The notes under the pieces: model-generated
Databases searched by the model: none
The model's input: only the letters and a program-made list of their open reading frames with translations
What the model was told of the DNA's origin: nothing
Source: Pseudomonadota bacterium
GTDB lineage: Bacteria; Bdellovibrionota; Bdellovibrionia; Bdellovibrionales; Bdellovibrionaceae
Assembly (NCBI GenBank): GCA_041178425.1
Contig: JBEGVH010000020.1
Coordinates: forward strand, 32,001 to 96,000
Reading direction: 5' to 3'
Length of the DNA stretch: 64,000 bases
Position numbers and translations under genes: made by a program
Shown: positions 39,317-49,844 of the stretch, piece by piece
Numbering within the stretch: position 1 is the stretch's first letter
How the letters are laid out: every line of letters begins with the position of its first letter

Positions 39317-40045
39317 TTATTTTAGTTGTTTGATTGTTTTTTTAATAGCCGCAGTCAAACCCATCTCGACAGAGTAACAAACGATTGAATGCCCAATATT
39401 AACTTCGCGCAGATGCGGAAGGGCCGTGATTTCTTTGGCTGTTTCAAAATCAAGGCCATGCCCAGCATGAACGCGAAGGCCGTTTTTATTGGCAAATTCA
39501 GCTGCCACATTGAGGGCGTGCCATTCCTGCCGTCGGACCTGCCCCTTGGCGTTGACCCAATGCCCGGTATGGAATTCAACCGCGTCAGCACCAAGCTCTG
39601 CTGCTTCGTTAACTTGATTGATCGATGGACCAATAAACAAAGAAACTTTAATGCCTTGTTTTTGAAGCTTTGGAATCAACTGAGAAAGCGCCTTTGAGGC
39701 TTTTACAACATCTAGGCCACCCTCGGTTGTTAATTCTTTACGTTTTTCAGGCACCAAGCAAACCCATTCCGGCTTGTACTTGATAGCAAGCTTCTCCATT
39801 TCGGGAGTGAGTGCCATTTCTAGATTTAACGGAATACCCTTGGTATTCGAAAGAGCATCAAGATCTTCTAGTTGGATATGGCGGCGATCTTCCCGAAGAT
39901 GAATGGTGATTTGATCAGCTCCCGCTTTCATCGCTAACTTAGCCATATCAACAAGATCAGGATAAGATGTTGTTCCGCCACGAACTTGTCGTAGTGTAGC
40001 GATATGATCGATATTAACACCTAAACTAATCTTGCGTTTCTTCAT
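39317..40045 (-). CDS. pdxJ: Pyridoxine 5'-phosphate synthase
   Basis: LGVNIDHIATLRQ, HLREDRRHI, TTEGGLD, AGHGL. Confidence 0.96.
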   Translation of the reverse strand: MKKRKISLGVNIDHIATLRQVRGGTTSYPDLVDMAKLAMKAGADQITIHLREDRRHIQLEDLDALSNTKGIPLNLEMALTPEMEKLAIKYKPEWVCLVPEKRKELTTEGGLDVVKASKALSQLIPKLQKQGIKVSLFIGPSINQVNEAAELGADAVEFHTGHWVNAKGQVRRQEWHALNVAAEFANKNGLRVHAGHGLDFETAKEITALPHLREVNIGHSIVCYSVEMGLTAAIKKTIKQLK

Positions 40046-41472
40046 TACATTAACTCTTTCTCTAAGAGAGCCGCAATGTCTTGGGCATGCTCATGAATTC
40101 TGTTTCGATCGGGTCCTTCTACCAATATTCTAATCACAGGTTCAGTTCCAGAGAAACGAATAAATAAACGCCCCTCCTCTCCTAGCTCTGTGGAGATTTT
40201 ACCAATCAGTTCGTTATACCCTTTAATGTCATCAAGGGAGGCTCGACGTTTGACCCGCACGTTGATCAAAATTTGCGGAACTTCTTCAATCCAACCCTGG
40301 AGTTCGCTGAGTCGCTTTTTACTCTCGCGCATAACAGCCAATACGTTAAGCGCTGCCACACAACCATCACCGGTTGTTGAGTGGTCGAGAAAAATAATAT
40401 GGCCCGACTGTTCTCCACCGAGATTACCCGATGAGCGACGAAGTTCTTCCACCACATACTTATCGCCGACATTCACTTTTGAAACCTGGATGCCGTGTTT
40501 TTTCATCACTTTTTCTAGGCCAAAGTTACTCATGTGAGTAACAACTAGCCGGTTGTTTTTCAGAGTGCCGTTCTTTTTCATGTGGATAGCGCAGATTCCG
40601 AGAATATGGTCGCCATTTAAAACCTGACCTTTTTCATCAACCATCATCACGCGATCGGCATCGCCGTCGAGGCTCACGCCCACATCGGCACGATAAAAAA
40701 GAACTGCATTGGCAACGGCCGTAGGATAGAGTGCTCCAGATTTATCATTAATATTAAGACCATTAGGCTCATCACCAATTTGAATCACTTCGGCACCGAG
40801 TTCTTCAAATACAGCCTTAGCTACTTTGTAAGAAGCGCCATTGGCCGTATCGAGAACAATGCGCAAACCATCGAGGGTAAAATCCATCGGAAAAGTGTTT
40901 TTTGCGTGAACAATATAGCGCCCCTGAGCATCGTCAATGCGGCGAGATCTCCCAAGCTGATTTGACTTTGCCAGATACTCGTCGAAATGATCTTCGTGAA
41001 TAAGGCGCTCTATCTCACGTTCCATCTCATCTGGAATTTTAAACCCATCTGCGGCAAAGATTTTAATGCCGTTATCTGAATAAGGATTGTGACTAGCAGA
41101 AATAACAATCCCGGCATCGGCTCTCATATTGCGTGTAATAAAACCGATTCCTGGTGTTGGTAGCGGGCCTACTAATTGAACATCGACACCCATGGAGTTC
41201 AAACCCGACGCCAATGCCATTTCTAACATATAACCCGAAAGGCGCGTATCTTTACCGATAACTACCTTGGGCGTTGGTGATTTACCCTCTACCCGTTTTT
41301 TTTGTAGTAACACGCCAATAGCTTGACCTACTTTAACAACCACGTTTGGAAGCATGGGAAACTGATTAGCCTGGCCGCGAATACCATCGGTTCCAAAAAG
41401 TTTTGCTGGCGCTTTTGATTTTTCGTTTTTCTTATTAACTTGTTTATCCACGTCTCTCACCTTTATACGCAT
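40045..41472 (-). CDS. glmM: Phosphoglucosamine mutase
   Basis: FGTDGIRG, ISASHNP, DGDADR, GGEQSGH. Confidence 0.96.
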   Translation of the reverse strand: MRIKVRDVDKQVNKKNEKSKAPAKLFGTDGIRGQANQFPMLPNVVVKVGQAIGVLLQKKRVEGKSPTPKVVIGKDTRLSGYMLEMALASGLNSMGVDVQLVGPLPTPGIGFITRNMRADAGIVISASHNPYSDNGIKIFAADGFKIPDEMEREIERLIHEDHFDEYLAKSNQLGRSRRIDDAQGRYIVHAKNTFPMDFTLDGLRIVLDTANGASYKVAKAVFEELGAEVIQIGDEPNGLNINDKSGALYPTAVANAVLFYRADVGVSLDGDADRVMMVDEKGQVLNGDHILGICAIHMKKNGTLKNNRLVVTHMSNFGLEKVMKKHGIQVSKVNVGDKYVVEELRRSSGNLGGEQSGHIIFLDHSTTGDGCVAALNVLAVMRESKKRLSELQGWIEEVPQILINVRVKRRASLDDIKGYNELIGKISTELGEEGRLFIRFSGTEPVIRILVEGPDRNRIHEHAQDIAALLEKELM

Positions 41473-41488
41473 CCATTAAAGTAAACCT

Positions 41489-41890
41489 TTATTTTACGGG
41501 CTCTACCTTTAATTTATTAATTTGCAATACCACTTCTCGTGGCTTGATAGAAAGCACTTTTATCGCCGATGGCAACTGAAGATCTGTTATGGGAATTTCA
41601 GCCGAATTCGGCCCGAGACTTGGTGTTCGAATCGGCACGATCAGCGTAGCTGGCCACGACTTCTCTAGAAATCTTTTCAAGATAGGACGGGGGCCCTCCA
41701 CCCGAACATTCACCTCGAACTCTCTTGGCCCAACAATTTCATAATCGTTAGGAACTACGAACTGCACCATCACATTTTGATTGGCAACCATCTCACGTTG
41801 ACTGACCACGGTAACCCACAAAATTAATGTGATCAAAAAGGCGATCACTTTGTAGCCAAAATGTTCTATCGAAAAACGCTTGGTTATCAT
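41489..41890 (-). CDS. cdaR: CdaR/YbbR-like regulator (single domain)
   Basis: KVIAFLITLILWVTV anchor; position between cdaA and glmM. Confidence 0.7.
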   Translation of the reverse strand: MITKRFSIEHFGYKVIAFLITLILWVTVVSQREMVANQNVMVQFVVPNDYEIVGPREFEVNVRVEGPRPILKRFLEKSWPATLIVPIRTPSLGPNSAEIPITDLQLPSAIKVLSIKPREVVLQINKLKVEPVK

Positions 41891-42693
41891 GCAACCACTC
41901 CCTTGTATTTTAATCCAAGGAATTCATAAATAGTTCGGCGAAGCTCCACGGCATCAACATTAGGTATTAAATGACCCGCCTGTACAATTCCAACGGATCG
42001 AGACTCTTCACTCACTACTAAAACAAGAGCATCCGTTTCTTCGGTGAGACCCAGAGCTGCCCTATGGCGAGTTCCCAGGTTGCGATCAAGAATAGGATTT
42101 TTACTCAGCGGTAAAAAACACCCTACGGAGAGAATACGACTATTCCGAATGACCATGGCCCCATCATGCACCGGACTGGTGGGGTGAAAAACGGATTCAA
42201 TAATTTCGGAAGACACACGACTATCCATTTCGGTGCCCGATTCGATGTGATAATCTACAGAAATATCTCTTTCAATCACAACAAGAGCGCCGAATCCTTT
42301 TTGAGCGGTCCCCATGATTCCCTTGACGATCTCTTCGATTACATGGGTTTCTTGAACAGTCGAAACACCATTAAGAAAAGACTGACTTCCTAGCTGGGCA
42401 AGAACACGACGAATTTCACTTTGAAACAGAATCACCACAATCAAAAAGAGATGAGCAAAAAACTTATCGAGTAACCAGTTAAATGTATATAAGCCAAAAT
42501 GAAGACTAAGAATGTAAAATATCGCTAATAGGCCCAAACCTGATAGAATTTGAACCGCCCCCGTTTTTCTAATAAGCAACAGGAGTCGGTAAACTAAAAA
42601 CCAAACGAGCAAAAGGTCAATTGCGTCTTGCCAACGAAATTGACCCCAAATAAATTGCCAGTTTTCAATGAACTGTCGAAACAAACTATCCAC
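41887..42693 (-). CDS. cdaA: Diadenylate cyclase CdaA
   Basis: Three TM helices, FQSEIRR, HDGA and GTRHRAA motifs. Confidence 0.93.
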   Translation of the reverse strand: MDSLFRQFIENWQFIWGQFRWQDAIDLLLVWFLVYRLLLLIRKTGAVQILSGLGLLAIFYILSLHFGLYTFNWLLDKFFAHLFLIVVILFQSEIRRVLAQLGSQSFLNGVSTVQETHVIEEIVKGIMGTAQKGFGALVVIERDISVDYHIESGTEMDSRVSSEIIESVFHPTSPVHDGAMVIRNSRILSVGCFLPLSKNPILDRNLGTRHRAALGLTEETDALVLVVSEESRSVGIVQAGHLIPNVDAVELRRTIYEFLGLKYKGVVA

Positions 42694-42719
42694 CCATCCT
42701 CCCTGATCGGTGAAAAATA

Positions 42720-44699
42720 TTAAACCGTAACAGGACCTCGCCCACCCACAGGATCATTGCCGCTATCACCTTTGGCTTTTTCAATGGCCTCAGCCGAGAT
42801 TTCAACTTTATCTCCGCCTTGCCCACCACCACCACTGTGTCGGTTAGCGTTCTCTCGCATTTTTTGAATTTCTTGAACGAGTCCGCCATTCACTAAAAAT
42901 TCAACTTCTTGACTATCAATAGTTTCATATTCGAGAAGGGCTTGAGTGAGTTTTTCGAGAGCTTCACGACCTTCTTCAAGAATCGTTTTAGCTTTTTTGT
43001 ATCCTTCGTCGATAATTCTGAACACTTCCGCATCAATCTCTTGAGCTTTAGAATCAGAATAATCTCTCGATGTTGAACCATACTGCATTCCTAAGAACAC
43101 TGGGCCTTCGCGTTTTTCGTATGAGAGAGGACCAAGCTTATCGCTCATGCCCCACTCACAAACCATGCGTCGTGCAATTTCAGTGGCTCTTTCGATGTCG
43201 TTACCCGCACCCGTCGTTACATCTTTGTAGATCAACTCTTCTGCTGCTCGACCACCAAACAAAAAGGCAATCATGTTTTCAGCTTTTGATTTTGACAGAT
43301 TCAAAGAGTCTTTTTCTGGAAGTGTTTGAGTAATACCAAGTGCCATTCCGCGGGGAATGATAGTGACTTTATGAATTGGATCCAAACCAGAAAGTTTCTT
43401 ACCAACAAGTGTATGACCAGCCTCGTGATAGGCTGTGATCTTTTTGTCTTCGTCGGAGATGACCATCGAACGACGCTCAGAACCCATCAATACTTTGTCT
43501 TTAGCCATTTCGAAATCGACCATGGTCAAAAACTTTTTTTCTCCACGAGCGGCAACAAGAGCTGCTTCGTTGACCAAGTTTTCAAGATCAGCACCAGAAA
43601 ATCCCGGAGTCCCGCGCGCAATTTTACTAAGGTCAACATCGGGCCCCAATGGGGTCTTACGAGTGTGAACTTGAAGAACGAAAAGGCGGCCGTTTAAATC
43701 AGGCTTATTAACGACAACTCGTCGATCAAAACGTCCAGGTCGCAACAAGGCGGGATCAAGAACATCGGGACGGTTGGTGGCCGCAATCAAAATAACTCCA
43801 TCATTACTCTCGAAACCATCCATTTCTACGAGAAGTTGGTTCAGCGTTTGCTCACGTTCGTCGTGTCCTCCGCCCATACCAGCTCCACGATGACGACCGA
43901 CAGCATCGATTTCATCGATAAAAATCAAACAGGGAGCTTGGCGTTTCCCTTGCTCGAAAAGATCACGAACACGGCTCGCACCAACACCCACAAACATTTC
44001 AACAAAGTCAGAACCAGAAATGGTAAAGAACGGAACGCCAGCTTCGCCCGCAATCGCACGAGCCAACAAAGTTTTACCTGTTCCCGGAGGGCCAACGAGC
44101 AATACGCCTTTTGGAATACGACCACCCAAACGAGTGTATTTTTTTGGGTCTTTTAAGAAATGAACAATCTCACTCAACTCTTCTTTGGCCTCATCAACCC
44201 CCGCGACGTCTTTGAAGGTGACTTTATTTTTATGCTCAGTCAAAAGTCGAGCACGGCTCTTACCAAAAGACATGGCCTTACCACCGCCCACCTGAACTTG
44301 GCGCATGATGAACAAGAACATGAGAACAATCAAAACCAGTGGCAACCAGTTTATGAGAAACGACTGAAACACGTTCGCATTTTCGCCACGTTCGTAATTG
44401 GGAACAATTCCCATGGCCTTGACCTCTTTGTAACCCTCGTCAGTAGTATTACCAATAATATTGAAGTACTTACCACTGTACTTGGTTTCAAACTCAGGCT
44501 TCACTTCACCGTAAATTTCGCTCGTGTCTTGTTTAAATGTAACCGAAGCAACTTCGTTATTTTTCAAAGCCTCTACGAAACGGGAGTAGTTGAACTCTTG
44601 AATCATTGTGGGATGACGATTTTCGTAGGAATGCCACAAGAAAATCCCCATCAAAAACAAGAAGAACCACAAAGCCAAGGTCTTTTGACTGTTACGCAT
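42720..44699 (-). CDS. ftsH: ATP-dependent zinc metalloprotease FtsH
   Basis: [11 protein letters not shown] region, HEAGH; SD AAAGGA before ATG 44699. Confidence 0.97.
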   Translation of the reverse strand: MRNSQKTLALWFFLFLMGIFLWHSYENRHPTMIQEFNYSRFVEALKNNEVASVTFKQDTSEIYGEVKPEFETKYSGKYFNIIGNTTDEGYKEVKAMGIVPNYERGENANVFQSFLINWLPLVLIVLMFLFIMRQVQVGGGKAMSFGKSRARLLTEHKNKVTFKDVAGVDEAKEELSEIVHFLKDPKKYTRLGGRIPKGVLLVGPPGTGKTLLARAIAGEAGVPFFTISGSDFVEMFVGVGASRVRDLFEQGKRQAPCLIFIDEIDAVGRHRGAGMGGGHDEREQTLNQLLVEMDGFESNDGVILIAATNRPDVLDPALLRPGRFDRRVVVNKPDLNGRLFVLQVHTRKTPLGPDVDLSKIARGTPGFSGADLENLVNEAALVAARGEKKFLTMVDFEMAKDKVLMGSERRSMVISDEDKKITAYHEAGHTLVGKKLSGLDPIHKVTIIPRGMALGITQTLPEKDSLNLSKSKAENMIAFLFGGRAAEELIYKDVTTGAGNDIERATEIARRMVCEWGMSDKLGPLSYEKREGPVFLGMQYGSTSRDYSDSKAQEIDAEVFRIIDEGYKKAKTILEEGREALEKLTQALLEYETIDSQEVEFLVNGGLVQEIQKMRENANRHSGGGGQGGDKVEISAEAIEKAKGDSGNDPVGGRGPVTV

Positions 44700-44788
44700 G
44701 AATATTCCTTTCAAAAAAACCACTCACTTCAACAGTGTTAGTTTATCTGTAGATAACCTTATAGATACAATGAAAGGTCGCCTCAAAT

Positions 44789-44813
44789 AAAAAAACTCGC
44801 CGAAAGGGTGAGT
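44789..44813 (-). terminator. Probable terminator after tilS
   Basis: Minus strand ACTCACC-CTTTC-GGCGAGT followed by a T-run. Confidence 0.5.
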
Positions 44814-45778
44814 CAGAGAAAATGTGAGATGATCTCCGCTCTTACCTGCCTCGCGTCAATCGCCCATAAGACAGATCTAAAAGTGAATGTGTGTACGATT
44901 TGTGAGTTGTCTAGTCGCTTGTGGATTTCTTCAATTTGCCCCTGCGAATAATCTCGAAGGCCAAGCTTTAATAAAACTGTGGCTAATAAGCGCCTTTGGT
45001 CGCTCTTAGAAAGCCCCAAATATCCCTGCCGAGCAAATGAGAGTCGACTCTGCCCCTCAATTGTCAGTTCAAGAGGCACCGGAATCTCCATGGCCTCGAC
45101 CAAGAGCTGAAGCGAGCGACCCAAGTTGGCCGTCAAACCCCTCTGACGGTTCTCAATAAAAGGAAGAAGTTGATGTCGAACCCAGTTCCTCTGAGGGTCG
45201 AGAGACGAATTCGATGGGTCTTCGAGGTTAGTTAAGTTATTTTTTTTAGCGTACTCCATGATCTCGGAGCGAGACACCTCGAGGAGGGGGCGCCAAAGAT
45301 CTCCCTCCAACGACGTCATTGAGCTCAACCCCGCAGGGCCAGTCCCTCGCAACAGTCGCAAGATTCGAGTTTCTAATAAATCGTCAAAATGATGGGCCGT
45401 GAGAATTAAATCGCATTCATGCTCGAGCTTTAGTCGATGAAGCTCGTGATAACGATACTCACGCAAGGATTCCTCGGAGAAAAGTGGTTGAGGGCTAGGT
45501 CCACCCTGAACAAAGGAAACACCTAATTTTGTAACACAGTAGTCGCGACACCACTCCAAGGCTTCATCACGCCAAGCCTGATTCTCAGCTTGGCCATGGT
45601 GAACATGAGCGGCAATAAACTCGAATTGGCCTGCCGATGACAATCGATGGATCACATTGAGCAAAACAACAGAATCCACGCCTCCGCTAAACGCCACCAA
45701 TAGCCGTTTAAACGGGGGCCACTCACGTTTGCTCTTCCAAATTTTATGATCTAAATCTGACCAAACCGTCTTTTTCAC
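44813..45778 (-). CDS. tilS: tRNA(Ile)-lysidine synthetase
   Basis: AFSGGVDS, TAHHFDD..ET, RGTG, RPLL, DPSN, RNWVRH. Confidence 0.93.
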   Translation of the reverse strand: MKKTVWSDLDHKIWKSKREWPPFKRLLVAFSGGVDSVVLLNVIHRLSSAGQFEFIAAHVHHGQAENQAWRDEALEWCRDYCVTKLGVSFVQGGPSPQPLFSEESLREYRYHELHRLKLEHECDLILTAHHFDDLLETRILRLLRGTGPAGLSSMTSLEGDLWRPLLEVSRSEIMEYAKKNNLTNLEDPSNSSLDPQRNWVRHQLLPFIENRQRGLTANLGRSLQLLVEAMEIPVPLELTIEGQSRLSFARQGYLGLSKSDQRRLLATVLLKLGLRDYSQGQIEEIHKRLDNSQIVHTFTFRSVLWAIDARQVRAEIISHFL

Positions 45779-45793
45779 AAGCTCTTCATGCGG

Positions 45794-47206
45794 CTAAATA
45801 TGATTTTTGGCAACGCCTATAGTTTTTAAATTTACGAATTCCAAGACCCCATGAGCACCTAACTCTCGTCCCCAACCCGAATCTTTGATTCCACCAAAAG
45901 GAACCCGGGGATCACTCTGAACCGTATCATTAATGGCAACAACACCTGCTTCAATTTCATCGGCCGCTATTTGCCATGCAAGCTCCGCATTTCGAGAAAA
46001 AATCGCCGCACCTAATCCGTAGGTGGTTTGATTGGCCCAGTGAATAGCCTCCTCATTTGATGCCACCGATAATAAAGGCATCACCGGTCCGAAACATTCC
46101 TCATTAAAAATAGGCATACCTGGATTAATGAGATCAACCACTGTGGGCTCTACAAAAAAACCTTTACCGTTAGATGGCGGTTCAGAAGAGCTTACACCGG
46201 CTATAACTTGGGCTCCCAATCGAACACTGTTATCTAATTGCTGTAATAACCCAGCACGCAATCGCTCTTCGGCCATCGGACCAATATCTGTAGTTTCTAA
46301 GGCAGGGTCTCCCATTTGGAGTTTGCTAACTTGGCTTAAAACCTCTCTTTTGAAGTCTTGATAAACATCTTGGTGAATAATAAATCTCTTGGCCGCGACA
46401 CAGCTTTGACCCGCATTGATAAAACGAGATTTAACGCACAACTGAGCTGCCAATTCGATATCCGCATCAGCCAAAATTAAATAAGGGTCACTCCCCCCCA
46501 ATTCAAGAACGCATTTTTTTAAATAACGACCGGCTGTAGAGGCGAGAAGTCTCCCCACGCGCGTACTGCCAGTAAAGCTCACCGCACGAACTCTTGAATC
46601 TCCAATAACTTGCTCAACGTGTTCATTCGTCATTGGCAATTGAGTTAACACTGAGGAGGAAAAAGCTTCTCGCACGAGATCTTGGATCCTGCGAGCGCAC
46701 CCCTGCACCGATGGCGCATGCTTTAATAGAACCACATTTCCCGTGAGCCACGCTGGAACTGCAAAGCGAATCACCTGCCAAAAGGGAAAATTCCACGGCA
46801 TCACGGCAAGCACGATTCCTAGCGGCTTTTTAACAACCCAAGTATGGCCATAATGAGCCGACACCTCTTCACTGGCCACAAACCTTTCGCCCATTTCTGC
46901 ATAGTAGTCACAAGTGAAGGCACACTTTTCTATTTCAGCTCGCCCCTGTTTGATAGGTTTTCCCATCTCCTGAGCCATGAGCTGCGCAAGAAGCTCTTTG
47001 TTCTTACGCAAAAGATGGCCGAGGCGAAGAATTCCTTCAGTTCGGTCATAAACTGGAAAACGACGAAAATTGAAAAATTCTTTTTCTAGTTCAGAAATCC
47101 CCGCATCGATTTCTTCTGGGGTTGAATAAAAATACTGGGAAAGTGGTTCTCCCGTGTTTGGATTTATCGTTGTCCAATGCCGACTGGGGTTTTCCGTAAT
47201 ACTCAT
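45794..47206 (-). CDS. NAD(P)-dependent succinate-semialdehyde dehydrogenase-like aldehyde dehydrogenase
   Basis: MPWNFPFWQ, FTGS, LELGGSDP, GQSCVA, EECFGPV. Confidence 0.92.
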   Translation of the reverse strand: MSITENPSRHWTTINPNTGEPLSQYFYSTPEEIDAGISELEKEFFNFRRFPVYDRTEGILRLGHLLRKNKELLAQLMAQEMGKPIKQGRAEIEKCAFTCDYYAEMGERFVASEEVSAHYGHTWVVKKPLGIVLAVMPWNFPFWQVIRFAVPAWLTGNVVLLKHAPSVQGCARRIQDLVREAFSSSVLTQLPMTNEHVEQVIGDSRVRAVSFTGSTRVGRLLASTAGRYLKKCVLELGGSDPYLILADADIELAAQLCVKSRFINAGQSCVAAKRFIIHQDVYQDFKREVLSQVSKLQMGDPALETTDIGPMAEERLRAGLLQQLDNSVRLGAQVIAGVSSSEPPSNGKGFFVEPTVVDLINPGMPIFNEECFGPVMPLLSVASNEEAIHWANQTTYGLGAAIFSRNAELAWQIAADEIEAGVVAINDTVQSDPRVPFGGIKDSGWGRELGAHGVLEFVNLKTIGVAKNHI

Positions 47207-47577
47207 GACTTCGATTGAGTTGAGTCTTTTTTAATAATTTCAATATCGGCTGTGATTCGAAAACGATGGGTTTCGGCGATTTTGGCAAACTCCTTCGCAA
47301 AATCCACCTTTTGAATAATTTGAATAATTTCTTTACCCACTCGCTGAATGAGCTCTTCTTTAGAACGACCGGCTTGTTGCAAAAGTACATTCAGAAACTC
47401 TTTAGGGAGCTTAAGTTCAGCCAAATAGGTGCGAATGTTCTCTTCCGTCATGAAAGCCGCACCTACACCCGCCGCAAAAACTTTTTTTAGTGCTTCACCA
47501 AAAAGACTCCGAGTTTCATCGGAGCCATCAATATCTTCATCGTCTTCGTGAGAATGATGACTCTTTTTGCCCGTCAT
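47203..47577 (-). CDS. Conserved hypothetical protein (phasin-like N-terminal motif)
   Basis: KKVFAAGVGAAFMTEE motif; SD GGAGGAG. Confidence 0.6.
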   Translation of the reverse strand: MTGKKSHHSHEDDEDIDGSDETRSLFGEALKKVFAAGVGAAFMTEENIRTYLAELKLPKEFLNVLLQQAGRSKEELIQRVGKEIIQIIQKVDFAKEFAKIAETHRFRITADIEIIKKDSTQSKS

Positions 47578-47588
47578 AGACTCCTCCT

Positions 47589-48020
47589 CTACTTACCGTA
47601 AAGTTCTTGGACTCGTTTATGATAGGAGCTCATCATCGCAGGCAGATTGACATTGACAAGAGCTTTGGCAATAGGACCAGGGACAAACATATTAAAAGTA
47701 GCGTCTAACTGATAACTCGCGCGGCATTTCCCGGCTTCGTCTTGAAGCTTCCAAGAGCCCACTGAAGTTTTGAACATGTCGCCCGACTCAAGCTGCCAAC
47801 TAATCTCGCTCGGAGCAATTTCGCTAAGCCATAGATTGTATTTGAACGACTTAATCACAGAAACTTCAAACTCAACGAGTTTTTTAACGCCATTGGCTTG
47901 AAGTACTTTCGTTTTTGATACCTCTTTAAGAAATTCTGGATATTTTTCGTAATCAGAAATAATTTTAAAAAACTGTTCTACACTACAGTTAAAAACTTCG
48001 GTTGTTTGAGCACTGGCCAC
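47589..48020 (-). CDS. SRPBCC/RatA (Coq10)-like protein
   Basis: ISDYEKYPEFL motif and START-fold pattern. Confidence 0.8.
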   Translation of the reverse strand: MASAQTTEVFNCSVEQFFKIISDYEKYPEFLKEVSKTKVLQANGVKKLVEFEVSVIKSFKYNLWLSEIAPSEISWQLESGDMFKTSVGSWKLQDEAGKCRASYQLDATFNMFVPGPIAKALVNVNLPAMMSSYHKRVQELYGK

Positions 48021-48147
48021 TGAGACCTCCTACTTTTTAGAAAGCTTATACGTCATTTCATGCCATCTTGATGACTTTGACAACATAGATCTTATTTTTG
48101 TCTTTGTCCAAGTTTTGTAAGACATCCCAATTATAGGAAGACGTCTA

Positions 48148-48447
48148 TTAACTCTTCTTACCGAAATTTTTAAAGAGGGCCTCTGCCTGCGCCCTGAGGT
48201 CCTCTTTTGATGGTCCCGCCACCGCTGACTTATCACCTATTTTAAAGTAATCGCAAAAATTAGAACGATCTTTTTCTCTAACCACATCGGCTTGCGGCTC
48301 TCGACATTCATTGTAGGCCGATCGGTCGTACCAGGTACAATTCTTACAAACATGAACATCTGCTCGGCATGAAGGGCACTCTTCTCGACGACCCACTTCA
48401 GCGCCGAGATTGAGGCTTTTACCACAAGAAAAGCAAGCACCCGCCAC
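48148..48447 (-). CDS. Small Cys-rich putative zinc-binding protein
   Basis: CFSCG, CPSC, CKNC, NFCDYF. Confidence 0.75.
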   Translation of the reverse strand: MAGACFSCGKSLNLGAEVGRREECPSCRADVHVCKNCTWYDRSAYNECREPQADVVREKDRSNFCDYFKIGDKSAVAGPSKEDLRAQAEALFKNFGKKS

Positions 48448-48449
48448 TT

Positions 48450-49412
48450 CTAAACCCCGGGCTTAATCGTCAAGTTGTGGTGAGCTTGAATGGTTCTGAC
48501 GGTTCCTGTTTTAGAACGCATAACTACCGAATGTGTTGTCGCCTGACGCCCAGGCAAAAGTTTAATACCTTTTAAAAGAGGCCCATCCGTAACACCAGTC
48601 GCACAAAACATAACCGAGCCAAAGGCAAGCTCATCTAACTTATAAGTCTTATTGAGATCAGCAACTCCCATTTTCGTAGCTCGGACTTTTTCTTCATCAT
48701 TGCGAAACTTTAATCGACCTTGAAAATCGCCTCCCATGCAGCGCATTGCCGCCGCAGAGATAACTCCCTCTGGAGCTCCACCGATACCGATGAGCATGTC
48801 GATCCCTGATTCAGGCCAAGCAGCTGCTACCGCCGCCGAAACATCACCATCGCCAATCAATTGAATTCGAGCACCCGTTTTTCTAACTTCCTGAATGAGA
48901 TCGTGGTGACGAGGTCGATCAAGAATTACAACCATCATGTCACCGACGGGTTTTCTAAGTGCTTCCGCCACGCGATGAACATTTTCGGTTGGGCTTAGAT
49001 CAAGATTAATAACACCCTTTGCTCCCGGTCCGCAGGCAATCTTGTCCATATAGGTGTCTGGAGCATGTAGGAAACCGCCTTTTTCTGCCACTGCGATCAC
49101 CGAAATGGCACCAACTCCACCCTTGGCACAAATCGTAGTTCCTTCGAGCGGATCAAGAGCAATATCAATTTTAGGAGCTTCATCGGATTTGCGACCAACC
49201 TTTTCACCAATATAGAGCATTGGAGCTTCATCGCGCTCGCCCTCTCCGATCACGACTGTTCCATCGATTCTTAACGTATCGAAGGCTCTGCGCATGGCAT
49301 CCACAGCTGCTTTATCGGCTGCATTTTCATCACCACGACCGATTAAATTGGCGCAAGCAAGCGCTGCTGCCTCGGTGATTCGAACAAACTCCAAAGCTAA
49401 GTTACGATCCAT
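48450..49412 (-). CDS. glpX: Class II fructose-1,6-bisphosphatase
   Basis: VVIGEGERDEAPMLYIGE, DPLEGT, GGAPEGV. Confidence 0.96.
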   Translation of the reverse strand: MDRNLALEFVRITEAAALACANLIGRGDENAADKAAVDAMRRAFDTLRIDGTVVIGEGERDEAPMLYIGEKVGRKSDEAPKIDIALDPLEGTTICAKGGVGAISVIAVAEKGGFLHAPDTYMDKIACGPGAKGVINLDLSPTENVHRVAEALRKPVGDMMVVILDRPRHHDLIQEVRKTGARIQLIGDGDVSAAVAAAWPESGIDMLIGIGGAPEGVISAAAMRCMGGDFQGRLKFRNDEEKVRATKMGVADLNKTYKLDELAFGSVMFCATGVTDGPLLKGIKLLPGRQATTHSVVMRSKTGTVRTIQAHHNLTIKPGV

Positions 49413-49833
49413 GATTGGTCTCCCCTATTTTTTCTGCCTCTCGAGCAAAAAATTTTTTTAGTTCCCCTGGAGGTTTAATTGGCTGCATTTTGTTATTAAC
49501 GCAAGCAAGAACCACAACTCCCTGCGAAACCACTGGGTGATCATGTTTTAGAGATCGAATTATTGCCTCAAATTGGAAGCGACTTCGTCTCTGCACAACC
49601 TGCAGTTCGACTTCAAACTCGTCTCCCCAACGCAGAGGAGCTTTGTAGCTGATATTGATATCAATCACTGCAAAAACGCAATCTTGTTCGACCCCATGAA
49701 GGTGAATTAAGTTTTCAGCTCTCAGCCATGCAAATCGAGCTTCTTCCATGTAACGAATATAGTTTGAATGATGCACAACGCCCATCAAGTCCGTCTCATA
49801 AAGATGAACGGGGCGAGAGTATTTGAAGGACAT
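49402..49833 (-). CDS. YbgC/4HBT-family acyl-CoA thioesterase
   Basis: ETDLMGVVHHSNYIRYMEEAR. Confidence 0.88.
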   Translation of the reverse strand: MSFKYSRPVHLYETDLMGVVHHSNYIRYMEEARFAWLRAENLIHLHGVEQDCVFAVIDINISYKAPLRWGDEFEVELQVVQRRSRFQFEAIIRSLKHDHPVVSQGVVVLACVNNKMQPIKPPGELKKFFAREAEKIGETNHGS

Positions 49834-49844
49834 TTGAAGTCTCC

